Made by a program: the position numbers and the translations under genes. The notes beneath the pieces were generated by a model. That model saw nothing but the letters and a program-made list of their open reading frames with translations, did not search any database and had not been told where the DNA came from. Positions 48,110-57,748 of a stretch of DNA of 64,000 nucleotides are shown here, piece after piece. Each line of letters starts with the position of its first letter. Position 1 is the stretch's first letter. This DNA comes from Lysobacteraceae bacterium (GTDB lineage Bacteria > Bdellovibrionota > UBA1018 > JAGTJX01): assembly GCA_023657465.1 (NCBI GenBank), contig JAGTJX010000003.1, forward strand, positions 311,889-375,888, written 5' to 3'.

Positions 48110-48663
48110 TGATATCTGAAAAAATTGTAGAGAAGACAATTGATGACGCTATCGCTCTTTTTAGAGAGAGTGAACTCAATGCGATCTATTCTAGACGAGC
48201 AGTAAGAAGTTACTCTCATCAAAGAGTTTCTTCTGAGTTGGTTGACAAACTGATCGATGCCGCCATTCAAGCACCGAGCGCAATGAACTCTCAGCCTTGG
48301 GGTTTTGTGGTAATTCAAAATCAGGAACTAATCCATGAGCTATCAGTAAAAGTCACCTCAGATTTTGATGTATTCTATGAAGCAACTACTCTGATTATTG
48401 TGTATGCAAAGAAGGATGGATTTGAGCCTGTGGGCGACTGTTATCTTGCTATACAAAACCTCATGCTGGCAGCAACAGCATTAGGATTGGGAACTTGTCC
48501 CATTGGATATGCTCGGGAGACTCTCAAGTCAGAAGAATGGAGACAAAAACTCTCTATTCCGTCTGATTACGTTCCTGTTCTTCCTATAGTTGTCGGTTAC
48601 ACTCAGGATGTTCCGACGAAGTCTGATCGCAGTCCACCTCAAATTTTCAAATGGATCAAATAG
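48109..48663 (+). CDS. nitroreductase-family protein
   Basis: RRAVRSY...APSAMNSQPWGFVVI signature. Confidence 0.8.
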   Translation: MISEKIVEKTIDDAIALFRESELNAIYSRRAVRSYSHQRVSSELVDKLIDAAIQAPSAMNSQPWGFVVIQNQELIHELSVKVTSDFDVFYEATTLIIVYAKKDGFEPVGDCYLAIQNLMLAATALGLGTCPIGYARETLKSEEWRQKLSIPSDYVPVLPIVVGYTQDVPTKSDRSPPQIFKWIK

Positions 48664-48686
48664 TGGCAACGACAAGTTATTTGAGT

Positions 48687-49526
48687 TCAAGATGATTTTC
48701 TCAGCCGAAGCAAAAACTGCGGAAGTTTCTCATTCAAGTCTGATGCAATTAGGCTCAGATGATCCTTGCCATCATCAATCCATTGATCTGCCATAGCTCC
48801 ATGAAGAAACACTCCCAAGCTCGCTGCCTTGATTGGAGCTAACCCTTGACTGAGAAAAGATGCGATCATTCCCGTTAAAACATCTCCCGTTCCTGCTTTG
48901 GATAAAGAGGAGTTTCCAGCAAGGATACGAAAAATGTGCTGTTCATCGGCTACGAGAGTGTGGTGTCCTTTTAAAACAATAATGCAGGAATAATTTTCTG
49001 TAGCGATTTGAATCGCTCCTTCACGGTCCGAACGAATTCTCTCTGCCGACCATCCAATCATTCGAGCGAGTTCCCCCTCGTGTGGAGTGAGTATCCAGTT
49101 TTTAGGAAGACGTAGTTTATTTTTTGAAATCACAGTGAGTGCAGTTGCATCCACAACGACATTTTTTCTCTTCTCTCGAATCCATTTCTTGAGTAACTTC
49201 AGAATCTTTAATTGGTCTGACATTCCTGGGCCAATGGCAGTCGCTTGAAACTTGAGTTGACTGAGCTGTTTAACGGAATGAATTTGAAGAAAATCAGGAT
49301 GACGAAATACAGGGAATTGTTTCTCGTCATTAAACAAATAGACATAACCTGCACCCACGCGAGCTGCTGAGGTTGCACTTAAAATAGCCGCTCCCCACAT
49401 TCCTTTGGATCCAGCAACAATGAGACACTTGCCCCCCTTGGTTTTGTTGTCGGTTTTTTCTCGTGTAGGAAGATCATGACGTGCAAGCGAACGAGTATAG
49501 TTCAATATTTTTTTGAGTTTTTTCAT
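48687..49526 (-). CDS. nnrD: ADP-dependent NAD(P)H-hydrate dehydratase (YjeF C-terminal domain)
   Basis: GGKCLIVAGSKGMWGAAILSATSAARVGAGYVYL and LSKAGTGDVLTGMIASFLSQGL. Confidence 0.75.
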   Translation of the reverse strand: MKKLKKILNYTRSLARHDLPTREKTDNKTKGGKCLIVAGSKGMWGAAILSATSAARVGAGYVYLFNDEKQFPVFRHPDFLQIHSVKQLSQLKFQATAIGPGMSDQLKILKLLKKWIREKRKNVVVDATALTVISKNKLRLPKNWILTPHEGELARMIGWSAERIRSDREGAIQIATENYSCIIVLKGHHTLVADEQHIFRILAGNSSLSKAGTGDVLTGMIASFLSQGLAPIKAASLGVFLHGAMADQWIDDGKDHLSLIASDLNEKLPQFLLRLRKSS

Positions 49527-50920
49527 GAATTGCTAACTCTGTTTTGTGACTGACGAGTTTTAACCAAGCCCAATTCATTGGCTCGTCTGAAGAATGTGGC
49601 TCTGGATAACCCAAGAGACTTTGCCGCCGAGTTTCGGTCTCCTTGAGCTGCATAGATTGCATCCTCAAAACGTTTTCGTTCAGTTAAAATCAAGCTGCCT
49701 CGATAAGTGCCCCCCAAAATGCGTTCTAAGGTATGAGGTTTGAGGCGCGCTACTTCTGGAAGAGCCTGGCAAACATCTTTTTCACGAATGATGTCACCAT
49801 CGCAACGGCTTCTCATGTTCTCGACCACACCTTGAAGTTGCCGAATGTTTCCAGGCCAACGGTATGCCTGCAAAAGTTCAAGAGCTTCCTTCGTTATAGT
49901 CTTACGTTTAAAGGATGTTGCGTGAGAAAGAAAAAACTCGACCAACTCAGGAATATCTTCTGACCTCTCCCGAAGAGAAGGCACATGAATCTTCTCACGT
50001 GCAACACGGTAATATAAATCTTCACGAAATAGTTTTTCCGTGACCAATTGCTCAAGGTTTTTGTGAGTTGCAGAAATTGTCCTGAAATTCACTTTTTTGA
50101 TTTCATTCGACCCTAGTCGAGTTATTTTTCGCTCTTGTAATGCTCGTAACAGTTTAGGTTGCTGAGACATCGGCATATCGCCAATCTCATCCATAAAAAC
50201 AAAGCCACCCGCGGCAGCCTCAAAAACACCGATCTTGTCTCGGTCGGCTCCAGTAAATGCACCGCGAATATGGCCAAACAGCTCAGATTCGATCAAGTTA
50301 TCATTTAGAGCTGCACAGTTACGCGCTAATAACTCTTTTGTAGGATCAGCTTGATTGGAAATAATGCTCGCCACTACTTCTTTTCCCGTACCCGTTTCTC
50401 CTGTCAAAAGAATATCCATCGCTCCTGATGCAACTACACGCGCAATGTCTTTTTTCAGCTGTTGCATGGGAAGTGAACTTCCAATCAACATCGTTGAATT
50501 TGAACCACTTCTCAGAGTCATTTCAACAGTGCGTCTTTTGATCTCTCTTTGATCTAAGATGAATTGAACTTTTTCTCGGATTTCTTTGGGTGAAGCAGGT
50601 TTTGAGATGAATTGGGAAACTCCCGAGTTAAAGACTTGTATCAAGTTCGATGGATTTGTTTCACCAGAAATAACGATTACGTCAGCGCCTCGATCCAATG
50701 CATGAATCTTTTTAAAAACCTCAAGCCCACTTCTTGAATCATTTTCAAAATTGAGATCAAGTAGAATAATGTCAAAGAAGGATAGCTCAATGGCTACCAA
50801 TGCTTCGTCGATACTTTTACAAGTATGCACTTCACATTGATCCTCAAGAATCATTGGCACTTGCTCAAGCCAAGTAACCTCATCATCAACTGCTAACACG
50901 CGAGGCAATCTTGAACTCAT
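49523..50920 (-). CDS. sigma-54-dependent response regulator (NtrC family)
   Basis: REC domain, Walker [24 protein letters not shown], and a C-terminal HTH. Confidence 0.9.
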   Translation of the reverse strand: MSSRLPRVLAVDDEVTWLEQVPMILEDQCEVHTCKSIDEALVAIELSFFDIILLDLNFENDSRSGLEVFKKIHALDRGADVIVISGETNPSNLIQVFNSGVSQFISKPASPKEIREKVQFILDQREIKRRTVEMTLRSGSNSTMLIGSSLPMQQLKKDIARVVASGAMDILLTGETGTGKEVVASIISNQADPTKELLARNCAALNDNLIESELFGHIRGAFTGADRDKIGVFEAAAGGFVFMDEIGDMPMSQQPKLLRALQERKITRLGSNEIKKVNFRTISATHKNLEQLVTEKLFREDLYYRVAREKIHVPSLRERSEDIPELVEFFLSHATSFKRKTITKEALELLQAYRWPGNIRQLQGVVENMRSRCDGDIIREKDVCQALPEVARLKPHTLERILGGTYRGSLILTERKRFEDAIYAAQGDRNSAAKSLGLSRATFFRRANELGLVKTRQSQNRVSNS

Positions 50921-52245
50921 GTTCCAGCCTCTCTATCTGTTAGCAAAGTTACAGTGAACTTAGCCCCTTTAAGAGTATCTGAAGAGCCAGCTAGTAACTG
51001 ACCTCGGTGCGATTCGATGATTTTTTTGGAGACAAATAAACCCAAGCCTGAACCATGAGATTTTGTACTTCTCAATGGTTTGAAAATTTGATCCGAAGGT
51101 GTCTTCAAGCCCGGACCTGAATCTTCAATTTGAACTTTTACTTGCCCTGATTCAATGACGGTTTTGATTTGAACAATAGGACTTTGATCGCTTCTGCTTT
51201 CAAATGCTTCAATGCCATTTTTAATAAGATTGGTGAAAGCTCGCTCTAATTGGATGGCATCGTGTGAAACCATCAAATCTGAAACGCTGGAATCGAAAAC
51301 TACATTAACCTTCCGTGACAACGCTAAATGACGATTAGACTCGATGGAACTCCGGATTGTCGCATTGAGATTACCCAAAACAGGGCGCACGGGGATTTCT
51401 CTGCTTCCATCCAAAGTCAATTCTATGATCTTTTTCATTTTAGGAAGATTGATGGTGCTCGTCTTCTGCAGCATTTCCAAGCGACTCTTCCGTTTTTCAG
51501 ACTCTTCAGTCACTTCATTCACTAATTCCATTGCGCTCATCACAGAATGAAGCAGCGTCTTCACATCATGAACTACCCCCCTTGCCAATTGTCCGAAAAC
51601 AGCTTGCTCCTGTTTTTCAAATGATTGGCTGAGACGATTAGAAATATCTTTGATTTCTATTGGCCATTCCGGTGAGGGCTCGGAGCGATTAGCGGTTGTA
51701 TGCACCAAAGACTGAATGGGTTTTAAAATGTATTTTCTCAAATAAATTCTTTGAATGAGAATACCAACAGCCAATGTGAGGAAAATAGGTAAACCACTCC
51801 AAAGCAATAAATGAAGATCCATGCTTTCAAAATACGATGGAGCGTTAACTGTAATATCAGAGAAAATCTTCGACTCAAGACCAGGTGCTCGTTGATAGTA
51901 GTGAACGGCTCCATCGAAAACTCTCGCACAACTGTCTTTGCTCGTCTCAATACACGAAGGCTTTGCAGAAATACCAACTGAGAGTAGTTTTAAATCCGTA
52001 GCGAGCTGTTTTGAAACTGCTTCAATTGCGCCATCTTTTCCCAACATTAATTCCGCTGAGAGTCTGCGCGAAACAATCGTTGATTTGTGCGCCAGTAGAT
52101 CAACAGATCTGGCAACCATGCTGCGGTATTCACGATATTCCACTATAGCAAATGCGGCGACACTCACAAAAAAGGCCAAGGCTCCTGGGATCAACCACGA
52201 TCTCAGGACAAACTCTTGCAATGACCGTTCCTTACGCGAAGTCAT
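50917..52245 (-). CDS. membrane sensor histidine kinase
   Basis: Two TM helices, H-box VVHDVKTLLHSVMSAMEL, and HATPase G-boxes (DSGPGL, GSGLGLFVS). Confidence 0.85.
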   Translation of the reverse strand: MTSRKERSLQEFVLRSWLIPGALAFFVSVAAFAIVEYREYRSMVARSVDLLAHKSTIVSRRLSAELMLGKDGAIEAVSKQLATDLKLLSVGISAKPSCIETSKDSCARVFDGAVHYYQRAPGLESKIFSDITVNAPSYFESMDLHLLLWSGLPIFLTLAVGILIQRIYLRKYILKPIQSLVHTTANRSEPSPEWPIEIKDISNRLSQSFEKQEQAVFGQLARGVVHDVKTLLHSVMSAMELVNEVTEESEKRKSRLEMLQKTSTINLPKMKKIIELTLDGSREIPVRPVLGNLNATIRSSIESNRHLALSRKVNVVFDSSVSDLMVSHDAIQLERAFTNLIKNGIEAFESRSDQSPIVQIKTVIESGQVKVQIEDSGPGLKTPSDQIFKPLRSTKSHGSGLGLFVSKKIIESHRGQLLAGSSDTLKGAKFTVTLLTDREAGT

Positions 52246-53372
52246 TGAGTTGACCTCGTATAAGTGATGTTCCCGCCATTCAGATCAAAAATGCTGACAC
52301 CCCAAGGAGAGGCGAACAACTTTGAGCCCTGTTTTTCAAAACTCTTTTTGAAATCCGTAGAGGTCTTGGGCTTGGATTTACATAGAAACTCGACGGTAGC
52401 CTCTAAGCTTTTTAAAATGCCGAGAGCCGATCCACTGGAAGGCATTTCTGTCTTTGGTAAATCTTTATAAATCGACAACTTTTTCAAACCCTGTTCGACA
52501 GGCGGCATTCCACGCACAGTAAATCCTTCAACCTCATGATTGTGGTCTGCATTTTGAACAAATCCAAACTTGGAATCCCCCCAGCCATCTCCACCTACGA
52601 AGAGAGGATTTTGGCCGCTGCCTTCAACGGCGGACATCACATGGCTAGTTGTTTTAGAGTAATTGGGTAACAATACAAAAGCTGGTTTCTTTGTTCGGAT
52701 AGACGCAACAATCGCGCTCGTTTCAGGAAAATCGCCCGTTATTTTTAGATCATCAACTTTCTTCAAACCTAATTTCTTCGCCTCTCGGTCAAAAGCATTT
52801 GCGAAGTCTTTACAGGATAAACAATCTTCACTCACTACAGAGATATAGGTCTTGTTCGCTCCAATTTTTTTCAGACGAATTGAGATTTCAATAGCAGCTG
52901 ACTTCGCCATGACTGAATTGGTTGGGGATAATGAAAGATGTAATTTTCCGAGAGCTTCCACTTCACTGGAGGATGCTAGTAAACTTACAGTAGGAGTCGA
53001 CTCAGCTCCTTTCACTAAAAGTAGATAATGATTGCTTCGCCGAGGTCCGACTAATAGCCATGCACCATTTTTTACGGCGGATTCCGCGTGCTCTTTTGCT
53101 TGAAGTGGATCGCTCGCATCATAGAAAAAAGTATTCGATTCAAGTTCATATCCGCATTGAGCGAGTTTTCTTTTGTTAAGTCTTTTTCCAATATCAAGAG
53201 CCGCTAAGTAGTCCTTTTCAAACCGCGCAGACGACGTTGTGTCTTTTGGTGCTAATGCTTCAAGAAACGACAGCTTCACAAGCGTGAGCTTGGTTTGTTT
53301 TTTAGGTGGAGTTGCAAAAGACCACGACGAGCCAAGGACAATGAGTAGTAATGCAACCCAAGACAACCTCAT
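52242..53372 (-). CDS. periplasmic solute-binding protein (Leu/Ile/Val-binding-like Peripla_BP_6 family), first gene of the SBP-HK-RR operon
   Basis: Signal peptide MRLSWVALLLIVLGSSWSFA with a ~350-aa type-I periplasmic binding fold. The family assignment is moderate. Confidence 0.55.
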   Translation of the reverse strand: MRLSWVALLLIVLGSSWSFATPPKKQTKLTLVKLSFLEALAPKDTTSSARFEKDYLAALDIGKRLNKRKLAQCGYELESNTFFYDASDPLQAKEHAESAVKNGAWLLVGPRRSNHYLLLVKGAESTPTVSLLASSSEVEALGKLHLSLSPTNSVMAKSAAIEISIRLKKIGANKTYISVVSEDCLSCKDFANAFDREAKKLGLKKVDDLKITGDFPETSAIVASIRTKKPAFVLLPNYSKTTSHVMSAVEGSGQNPLFVGGDGWGDSKFGFVQNADHNHEVEGFTVRGMPPVEQGLKKLSIYKDLPKTEMPSSGSALGILKSLEATVEFLCKSKPKTSTDFKKSFEKQGSKLFASPWGVSIFDLNGGNITYTRSTQ

Positions 53373-53375
53373 GAA

Positions 53376-53756
53376 CTAAATCCTTTTCCAAATCAGGATT
53401 GCTCGGCCAAAAGACTCTTGAGGAGTAACTAGTGTAACTTCATCGCCTTTGAACTCGGCGTAACGGATCATCTCCCGTCCAATCCTGGCTGGATTAGAGG
53501 CTTGGGTGACCTGATGCTTGATCGTGTTTCCTTCAACTCGGTAGGTACCAGAATAAAAAAGAACGGAGTCGAACTTGTTCTCAAATTCGTTCTCTGAGTC
53601 GTTCTCAACTTTCTTATTGATGCTAACGCTGACGTGACCTGAGTCGGTGTAGATGAGCAGTCCATGGGTATCTTTCCCCCAAGGCGTGATCTGCTTCTCA
53701 TTGTCTTCGATATTGAACGCAACAAGCTTCCAAGTGCCAATTACTGATTGGGTCAT
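53376..53756 (-). CDS. lipocalin-like domain protein (Lipocalin_5-like)
   Basis: GTWKLVAFNIEDNEKQITPWGKDTHGLLIYTDSGHVSV pattern. Confidence 0.5.
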   Translation of the reverse strand: MTQSVIGTWKLVAFNIEDNEKQITPWGKDTHGLLIYTDSGHVSVSINKKVENDSENEFENKFDSVLFYSGTYRVEGNTIKHQVTQASNPARIGREMIRYAEFKGDEVTLVTPQESFGRAILIWKRI

Positions 53757-53851
53757 AATATGCCTTCTTCTAAGTTAAGTATCAGGCTAGTTTGTATATA
53801 TGAGACCAGAACTTGTCAACAGATTGAAAACAAAGAAGAATTTAATTTTTA

Positions 53852-53869
53852 TTGAGACTTGAGTCTCAA
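53852..53869. promoter_or_regulatory. palindromic motif TTGAGACT-TG-AGTCTCAA (copy 2 of 2)
   Basis: It shares TTGAGAC...GTCTCAAG with 33305-33320 and lies ~95 bp upstream of the lipocalin gene start. Confidence 0.4.
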
Positions 53870-53870
53870 G

Positions 53871-54116
53871 CTATGTCTTTAGATTTACTTGGAATTCTGT
53901 AAGCCTTTCTATTTTCTCAGCCGCGTCATAAACCTCCTTGCGGAAGTCTTCAAGGATATAGCTAATCCCAAGCATTGTTTCTATGGGGTCTACAGGGGTC
54001 TCTTGAAAATACCCCTGACACTCTACAAACCAGGCCACTCCTGAGAGCTTTCGACTTAATCGGTACAAATCTGTGTAGACGGCCTCTACAGCAACTTTAT
54101 TAGAGCTATTTATCAT
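53871..54116 (-). CDS. hypothetical protein
   Basis: 81 aa with no motif; located in the tRNA-adjacent islet. Confidence 0.35.
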   Translation of the reverse strand: MINSSNKVAVEAVYTDLYRLSRKLSGVAWFVECQGYFQETPVDPIETMLGISYILEDFRKEVYDAAEKIERLTEFQVNLKT

Positions 54117-54184
54117 TGACCCTCCCTGAATACATATGATCGTGCTTACACATCATCATGCTTATTTGCAACGATTGTTTTATG

Positions 54185-54415
54185 GCAACAACTCTCAGCA
54201 ACGATGATTTAAGATTTCTTAAGAAGCTAGGATTGAGAATCCGTTCCTTACGAAATGAAAAAGGCTGGACGCTTGAGGATGTTGAGTCGCATGGCTGGAA
54301 CGGCTGGCAGCATCTTCAAAAAATTGAATCTGGAAAAAACATCACTGTTGTGACGCTTCGTAAAGTTGCGAAGCTATACAGGATCACAATCTCTCAACTT
54401 CTTGAGGGATGTTAG
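54185..54415 (+). CDS. XRE-family HTH transcriptional regulator
   Basis: LRIRSLRNEKGWTLEDVESH...LQKIESGKNITVVTLRKVAKLYRITISQLLEG. Confidence 0.7.
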   Translation, partial: ATTLSNDDLRFLKKLGLRIRSLRNEKGWTLEDVESHGWNGWQHLQKIESGKNITVVTLRKVAKLYRITISQLLEGC

Positions 54416-54536
54416 AGTTTTTCTATCAAGAACAAAAATACCAAAATTAGAGTAAGCCACGAGCTGTTAGCTGATCACGAAACTGATCGATTTGTTCTTT
54501 CCTTTCACAACCATCTGATGCTACCATTAACAGCAG

Positions 54537-56999
54537 TTAGGTAAACGCGAACTGATCCTCACAGCCTTGCGCCTTACAAACAGGTTTATTGAGCGAGTCT
54601 GGCCGCTTGAACCGCTTTCCTTTACAAGATGTACATGCAAATTTTTCACGAAATTCCTTGAAATTTCTCCAACGGATCTTCTCATCTCCAACCGATCCCC
54701 AACTATTCGGATCAGATTGAAAGTGACTTCCAAAATTTTCGATTAGTCCTCTTTGTAAGGAGAGGAGAAATGGATTTTGGTGACCTGGAACTGTAGGTGG
54801 AAAGAGGCTTCGATTTTCTAGAAACGTGTGTAAAGCCAAAGCAAGCTCATGGCGCTGATGTGAATGCTCCTTGCCGATTTCCCTAATACGAATACTTACG
54901 CCAAAATCTCGACCGATCTTATTTAACCATTCTTCTTCAGCCTGTCTCATCAAGTTGGCAGCAGACTGCTCTAATCGGTGTAATTCTTCAATCTCATGGT
55001 CGAGAACTTGGTGGTCAGAGTAGCGTGGTCCGAAGGTCTTATCGAGTCGGGAAATCCTTTTAAATCTCCATTGAGTAGGTGTTAACTGATCTTCAAGAAA
55101 GCGATAGAACTGTTCGTCGTGAGTCAAAATAAAAACCTGAAAGCCTGATAGGTGTGTCGCAATAACGTCAACAACAGCTTTTCGTCGATCAGCATCGTAT
55201 GAGGTAACAACATCATCTAGAACAATAATTGGGAATCCTTTATTAAACATGCAGATTGAGGCAAGTCTGATTGCCAATGCAAGCGTATGAACTTGTGAGT
55301 CACTCAGATATCCGGCTGGTGGAACACTTTTTCTACCTTCAGCGAAATCAATGAGTAAATCTAGTTGGTGCTGAATTTTTTTATCACCAGGCGGAAACGA
55401 CAAATGAATTACTGGAACACCTTCGACACCAGTTTGGATTTCGTTGTAGAAGAAATTTATTTTGTCTGTCAAGGTCGAGATCAGAGTTTCGACATAGGAT
55501 TTAACTGAGGTGTCGACTATCGACGCATATTTTACTACAGCATCATGAATTTTTTGAACTTCCGACTTTCGACGTACTTCATAGTCAGCGCGCTCTTTGA
55601 GACCCGTTAACTTCTCTAGTGCATCATGCCCCGATTTCCATGTCGGCTTTCCTACCTCCTGCGGCTTCGGAATGGCAGGAGATAAATGTTCGAGTAACGT
55701 CTGAAGAGTCGTCTGCGCCAAATCAAATTTGATCGGGCTTCCAGAATAGGTGTATTTATCGCAAGCCGTCGCTGCTTCCTGAATAGGCTGAAGATCGATT
55801 GAAGATGATGTCTGTTTTAGTAAGTCCAAGATCGAGTTTAGGCAATCTTTCACTTCGCGTATCTTGGTCTCAACAACCATCTTTGACGCTTTCAATGCTT
55901 TCTCGGTGTCATAGTAGGTGGTCAAATGCTTCAGACTATTTTCCAAAGTAACTTTGATCCCATCAACTGATTTCGATGGTGTCTGGGTAATAGGCGTCTC
56001 GCAGACCGGACAATTATCTAATTGGATAGTAGGACTTTTAAAAAGTAGTTCAGCTTCGCGCCAAACATCAGCAAAGATAGCTTTTTCACTTTGGTTTTTT
56101 GTTTCAGAAAATAGTTCTTGGGCCTTCTTGTAGGATTCAATCGCAGTGTTACAGGTCGAAAAAGTGGCAACAGTAAGTGCCACTTTTTCGACCTTATTCC
56201 CAAGAGTTTGCTTGATCTTGTCGGTAATAGTTTTGTTAAGTACAGAGCTTTCATTTGATAATGCTTCAGCAGCACGATCGAATAGAACTTTCTTGATTCC
56301 CGCACACGAATCAAGAGCATCCACCTTAAGTACATTGTCGAGTGGAGTCAGTATAGTGTCGTTAAACCAAGCTACGCACCGAACTTCGTTCCACTGTTGC
56401 TCTTGACTGTTAGTGAGCCGTTTGACTTCACCGTTAATAGTGTCGAGCTGAGTCTGGTCATTGAGTGCACGATTGAGCTGTACACGCAGTTCACGAAGTG
56501 AATCTTGCGTCTTGAGAAGAGGATTGAAACCAAACCAGTTTGAAACCGCTTCGTACCTATCTGATGGACTCGTTGCCTCAACAAACTTCCTAAGCTCAAA
56601 CCCACGAATGATGTACGGAACCTTCATCGCTTCAAGTGCGGTAGCAAGATCGTCTGGAATCACTTCAGGAGTTTTAGCAGAGCGACTGAAAGGCTGTACC
56701 TGTGCCGCCCCAATAAACTCAACTTTAACAAAAGGACTAATATTCGCCTTGGTCGCAGCATGATGTACAAGTGCCTCTTTACCGGCCTGAGTTCCAGAGC
56801 GGACTTTACCAAGCCGCTCGACAAAGCCATCTTTGGAAAAAACAAATTCCATGGCGTCCACCAAACTGGATTTACCTTTTCCGTTGGGAGCCACTACAAC
56901 AAGTGATGACCCATTCTTTCCGAAGTCGATGGGCTGTTCCGAGAGGTAGGCACGAAAACCGGAGAGCGTGAGCTTTTTAAGCCTTGGAGGTATTGTCAT
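54537..56999 (-). CDS. SMC/Rad50(SbcC)-like ABC ATPase with central CPxC zinc hook and novel Cys-rich C-terminal extension
   Basis: N-terminal Walker A VVVAPNGKGKSSLVDAMEF and a long helical middle with DNCPVCETP. The C-terminal Walker B/D-loop is IIVLDDVVTSYDADRR, followed by FILTHDEQF. The extra ~170 aa end in CTSCKGKRF...CKAQGCEDQ. There is a strong SD GGAGG before the ATG. Confidence 0.7.
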   Translation of the reverse strand: MTIPPRLKKLTLSGFRAYLSEQPIDFGKNGSSLVVVAPNGKGKSSLVDAMEFVFSKDGFVERLGKVRSGTQAGKEALVHHAATKANISPFVKVEFIGAAQVQPFSRSAKTPEVIPDDLATALEAMKVPYIIRGFELRKFVEATSPSDRYEAVSNWFGFNPLLKTQDSLRELRVQLNRALNDQTQLDTINGEVKRLTNSQEQQWNEVRCVAWFNDTILTPLDNVLKVDALDSCAGIKKVLFDRAAEALSNESSVLNKTITDKIKQTLGNKVEKVALTVATFSTCNTAIESYKKAQELFSETKNQSEKAIFADVWREAELLFKSPTIQLDNCPVCETPITQTPSKSVDGIKVTLENSLKHLTTYYDTEKALKASKMVVETKIREVKDCLNSILDLLKQTSSSIDLQPIQEAATACDKYTYSGSPIKFDLAQTTLQTLLEHLSPAIPKPQEVGKPTWKSGHDALEKLTGLKERADYEVRRKSEVQKIHDAVVKYASIVDTSVKSYVETLISTLTDKINFFYNEIQTGVEGVPVIHLSFPPGDKKIQHQLDLLIDFAEGRKSVPPAGYLSDSQVHTLALAIRLASICMFNKGFPIIVLDDVVTSYDADRRKAVVDVIATHLSGFQVFILTHDEQFYRFLEDQLTPTQWRFKRISRLDKTFGPRYSDHQVLDHEIEELHRLEQSAANLMRQAEEEWLNKIGRDFGVSIRIREIGKEHSHQRHELALALHTFLENRSLFPPTVPGHQNPFLLSLQRGLIENFGSHFQSDPNSWGSVGDEKIRWRNFKEFREKFACTSCKGKRFKRPDSLNKPVCKAQGCEDQFAFT

Positions 57000-57237
57000 C
57001 TACCTCCTCCTTCTTTTCAGCCTGTGCTCTTGTCGCCGCGAGATCCATCAGGCGCTTCAACGCCTTTGTGATATTTTCTTTTTCGTCACCGTTTGGATTA
57101 AGGAGATCACTTTCGATGGTAGCCAACACTTCGACATCGCCGTCTTTAATTTCCTTTAAGGATTTTTTTAAATCCGAGTAAAGGACTTCTATGCTGAGTA
57201 TCTTGGAATCAGCCACATCTGTGTTTGTCGTCATCAA
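56977..57237 (-). CDS. small acidic protein, translationally coupled upstream partner of the ATPase
   Basis: 86 aa, net acidic (many D/E). Its stop overlaps the ATPase start by 23 nt. Confidence 0.4.
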   Translation of the reverse strand: MMTTNTDVADSKILSIEVLYSDLKKSLKEIKDGDVEVLATIESDLLNPNGDEKENITKALKRLMDLAATRAQAEKKEEVDDNTSKA

Positions 57238-57365
57238 TGCCCCATCGAAATAAACGATCGTTGCTATCGGATTCAGGCAGGTTATATTCGCATTTCACTA
57301 TTTTGTCGCTCGCTTTGATATGACCAGTATCGTCAATAAAGAAAAATTAAACATCAGACACTCTG

Positions 57366-57524
57366 CTAATAACGTGCTGATTTAGGTGAAGAGCTGTTCT
57401 TCATCGACCTCACAAACTCCTTTTTCGCAAACTCGCGGAGCTTTCCATACTGTCCAAGTGCAATCGACAACACGATCACTGCAATCAACCCGTTAATCAA
57501 ATCCCTTAAATCAAATGCCTTCAT
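57366..57524 (-). CDS. small (52 aa) single-TM membrane protein
   Basis: Not in the ORF track (<60 aa). Found by eye as MKAFDLRDLINGLIAVIVLSIALGQYGKL..., with SD AGGGAG upstream of the ATG. Confidence 0.35.
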   Translation of the reverse strand: MKAFDLRDLINGLIAVIVLSIALGQYGKLREFAKKEFVRSMKNSSSPKSARY

Positions 57525-57748
57525 ATTTCGTTCTCCCTTTTTGGTTAAACGACCAATGACAATCTGGTTGGATAAACTCTTTTTCCAAAAAACACCTTAG
57601 CCAAAAGCTAGCCAAATTTTAGCCAACTCAAGACAGTCGAGGCATTTTCGGGACAGTTCGAGGCTTCGTTTTGAGGCTCAACAGCAAGATAACGGGGTTA
57701 TATGTTTCAACTACTTAGAACTCGGAACCAAAATCGGTTGCCGAAAAA

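Noticed and set aside
53757-53870. Direct repeat of the tRNA-Leu 3' end as islet boundary
   Set aside because: Only a 7 of 9 match (GAATCGAAC-like) was seen, and it was elsewhere, at 33312. It is not convincing.
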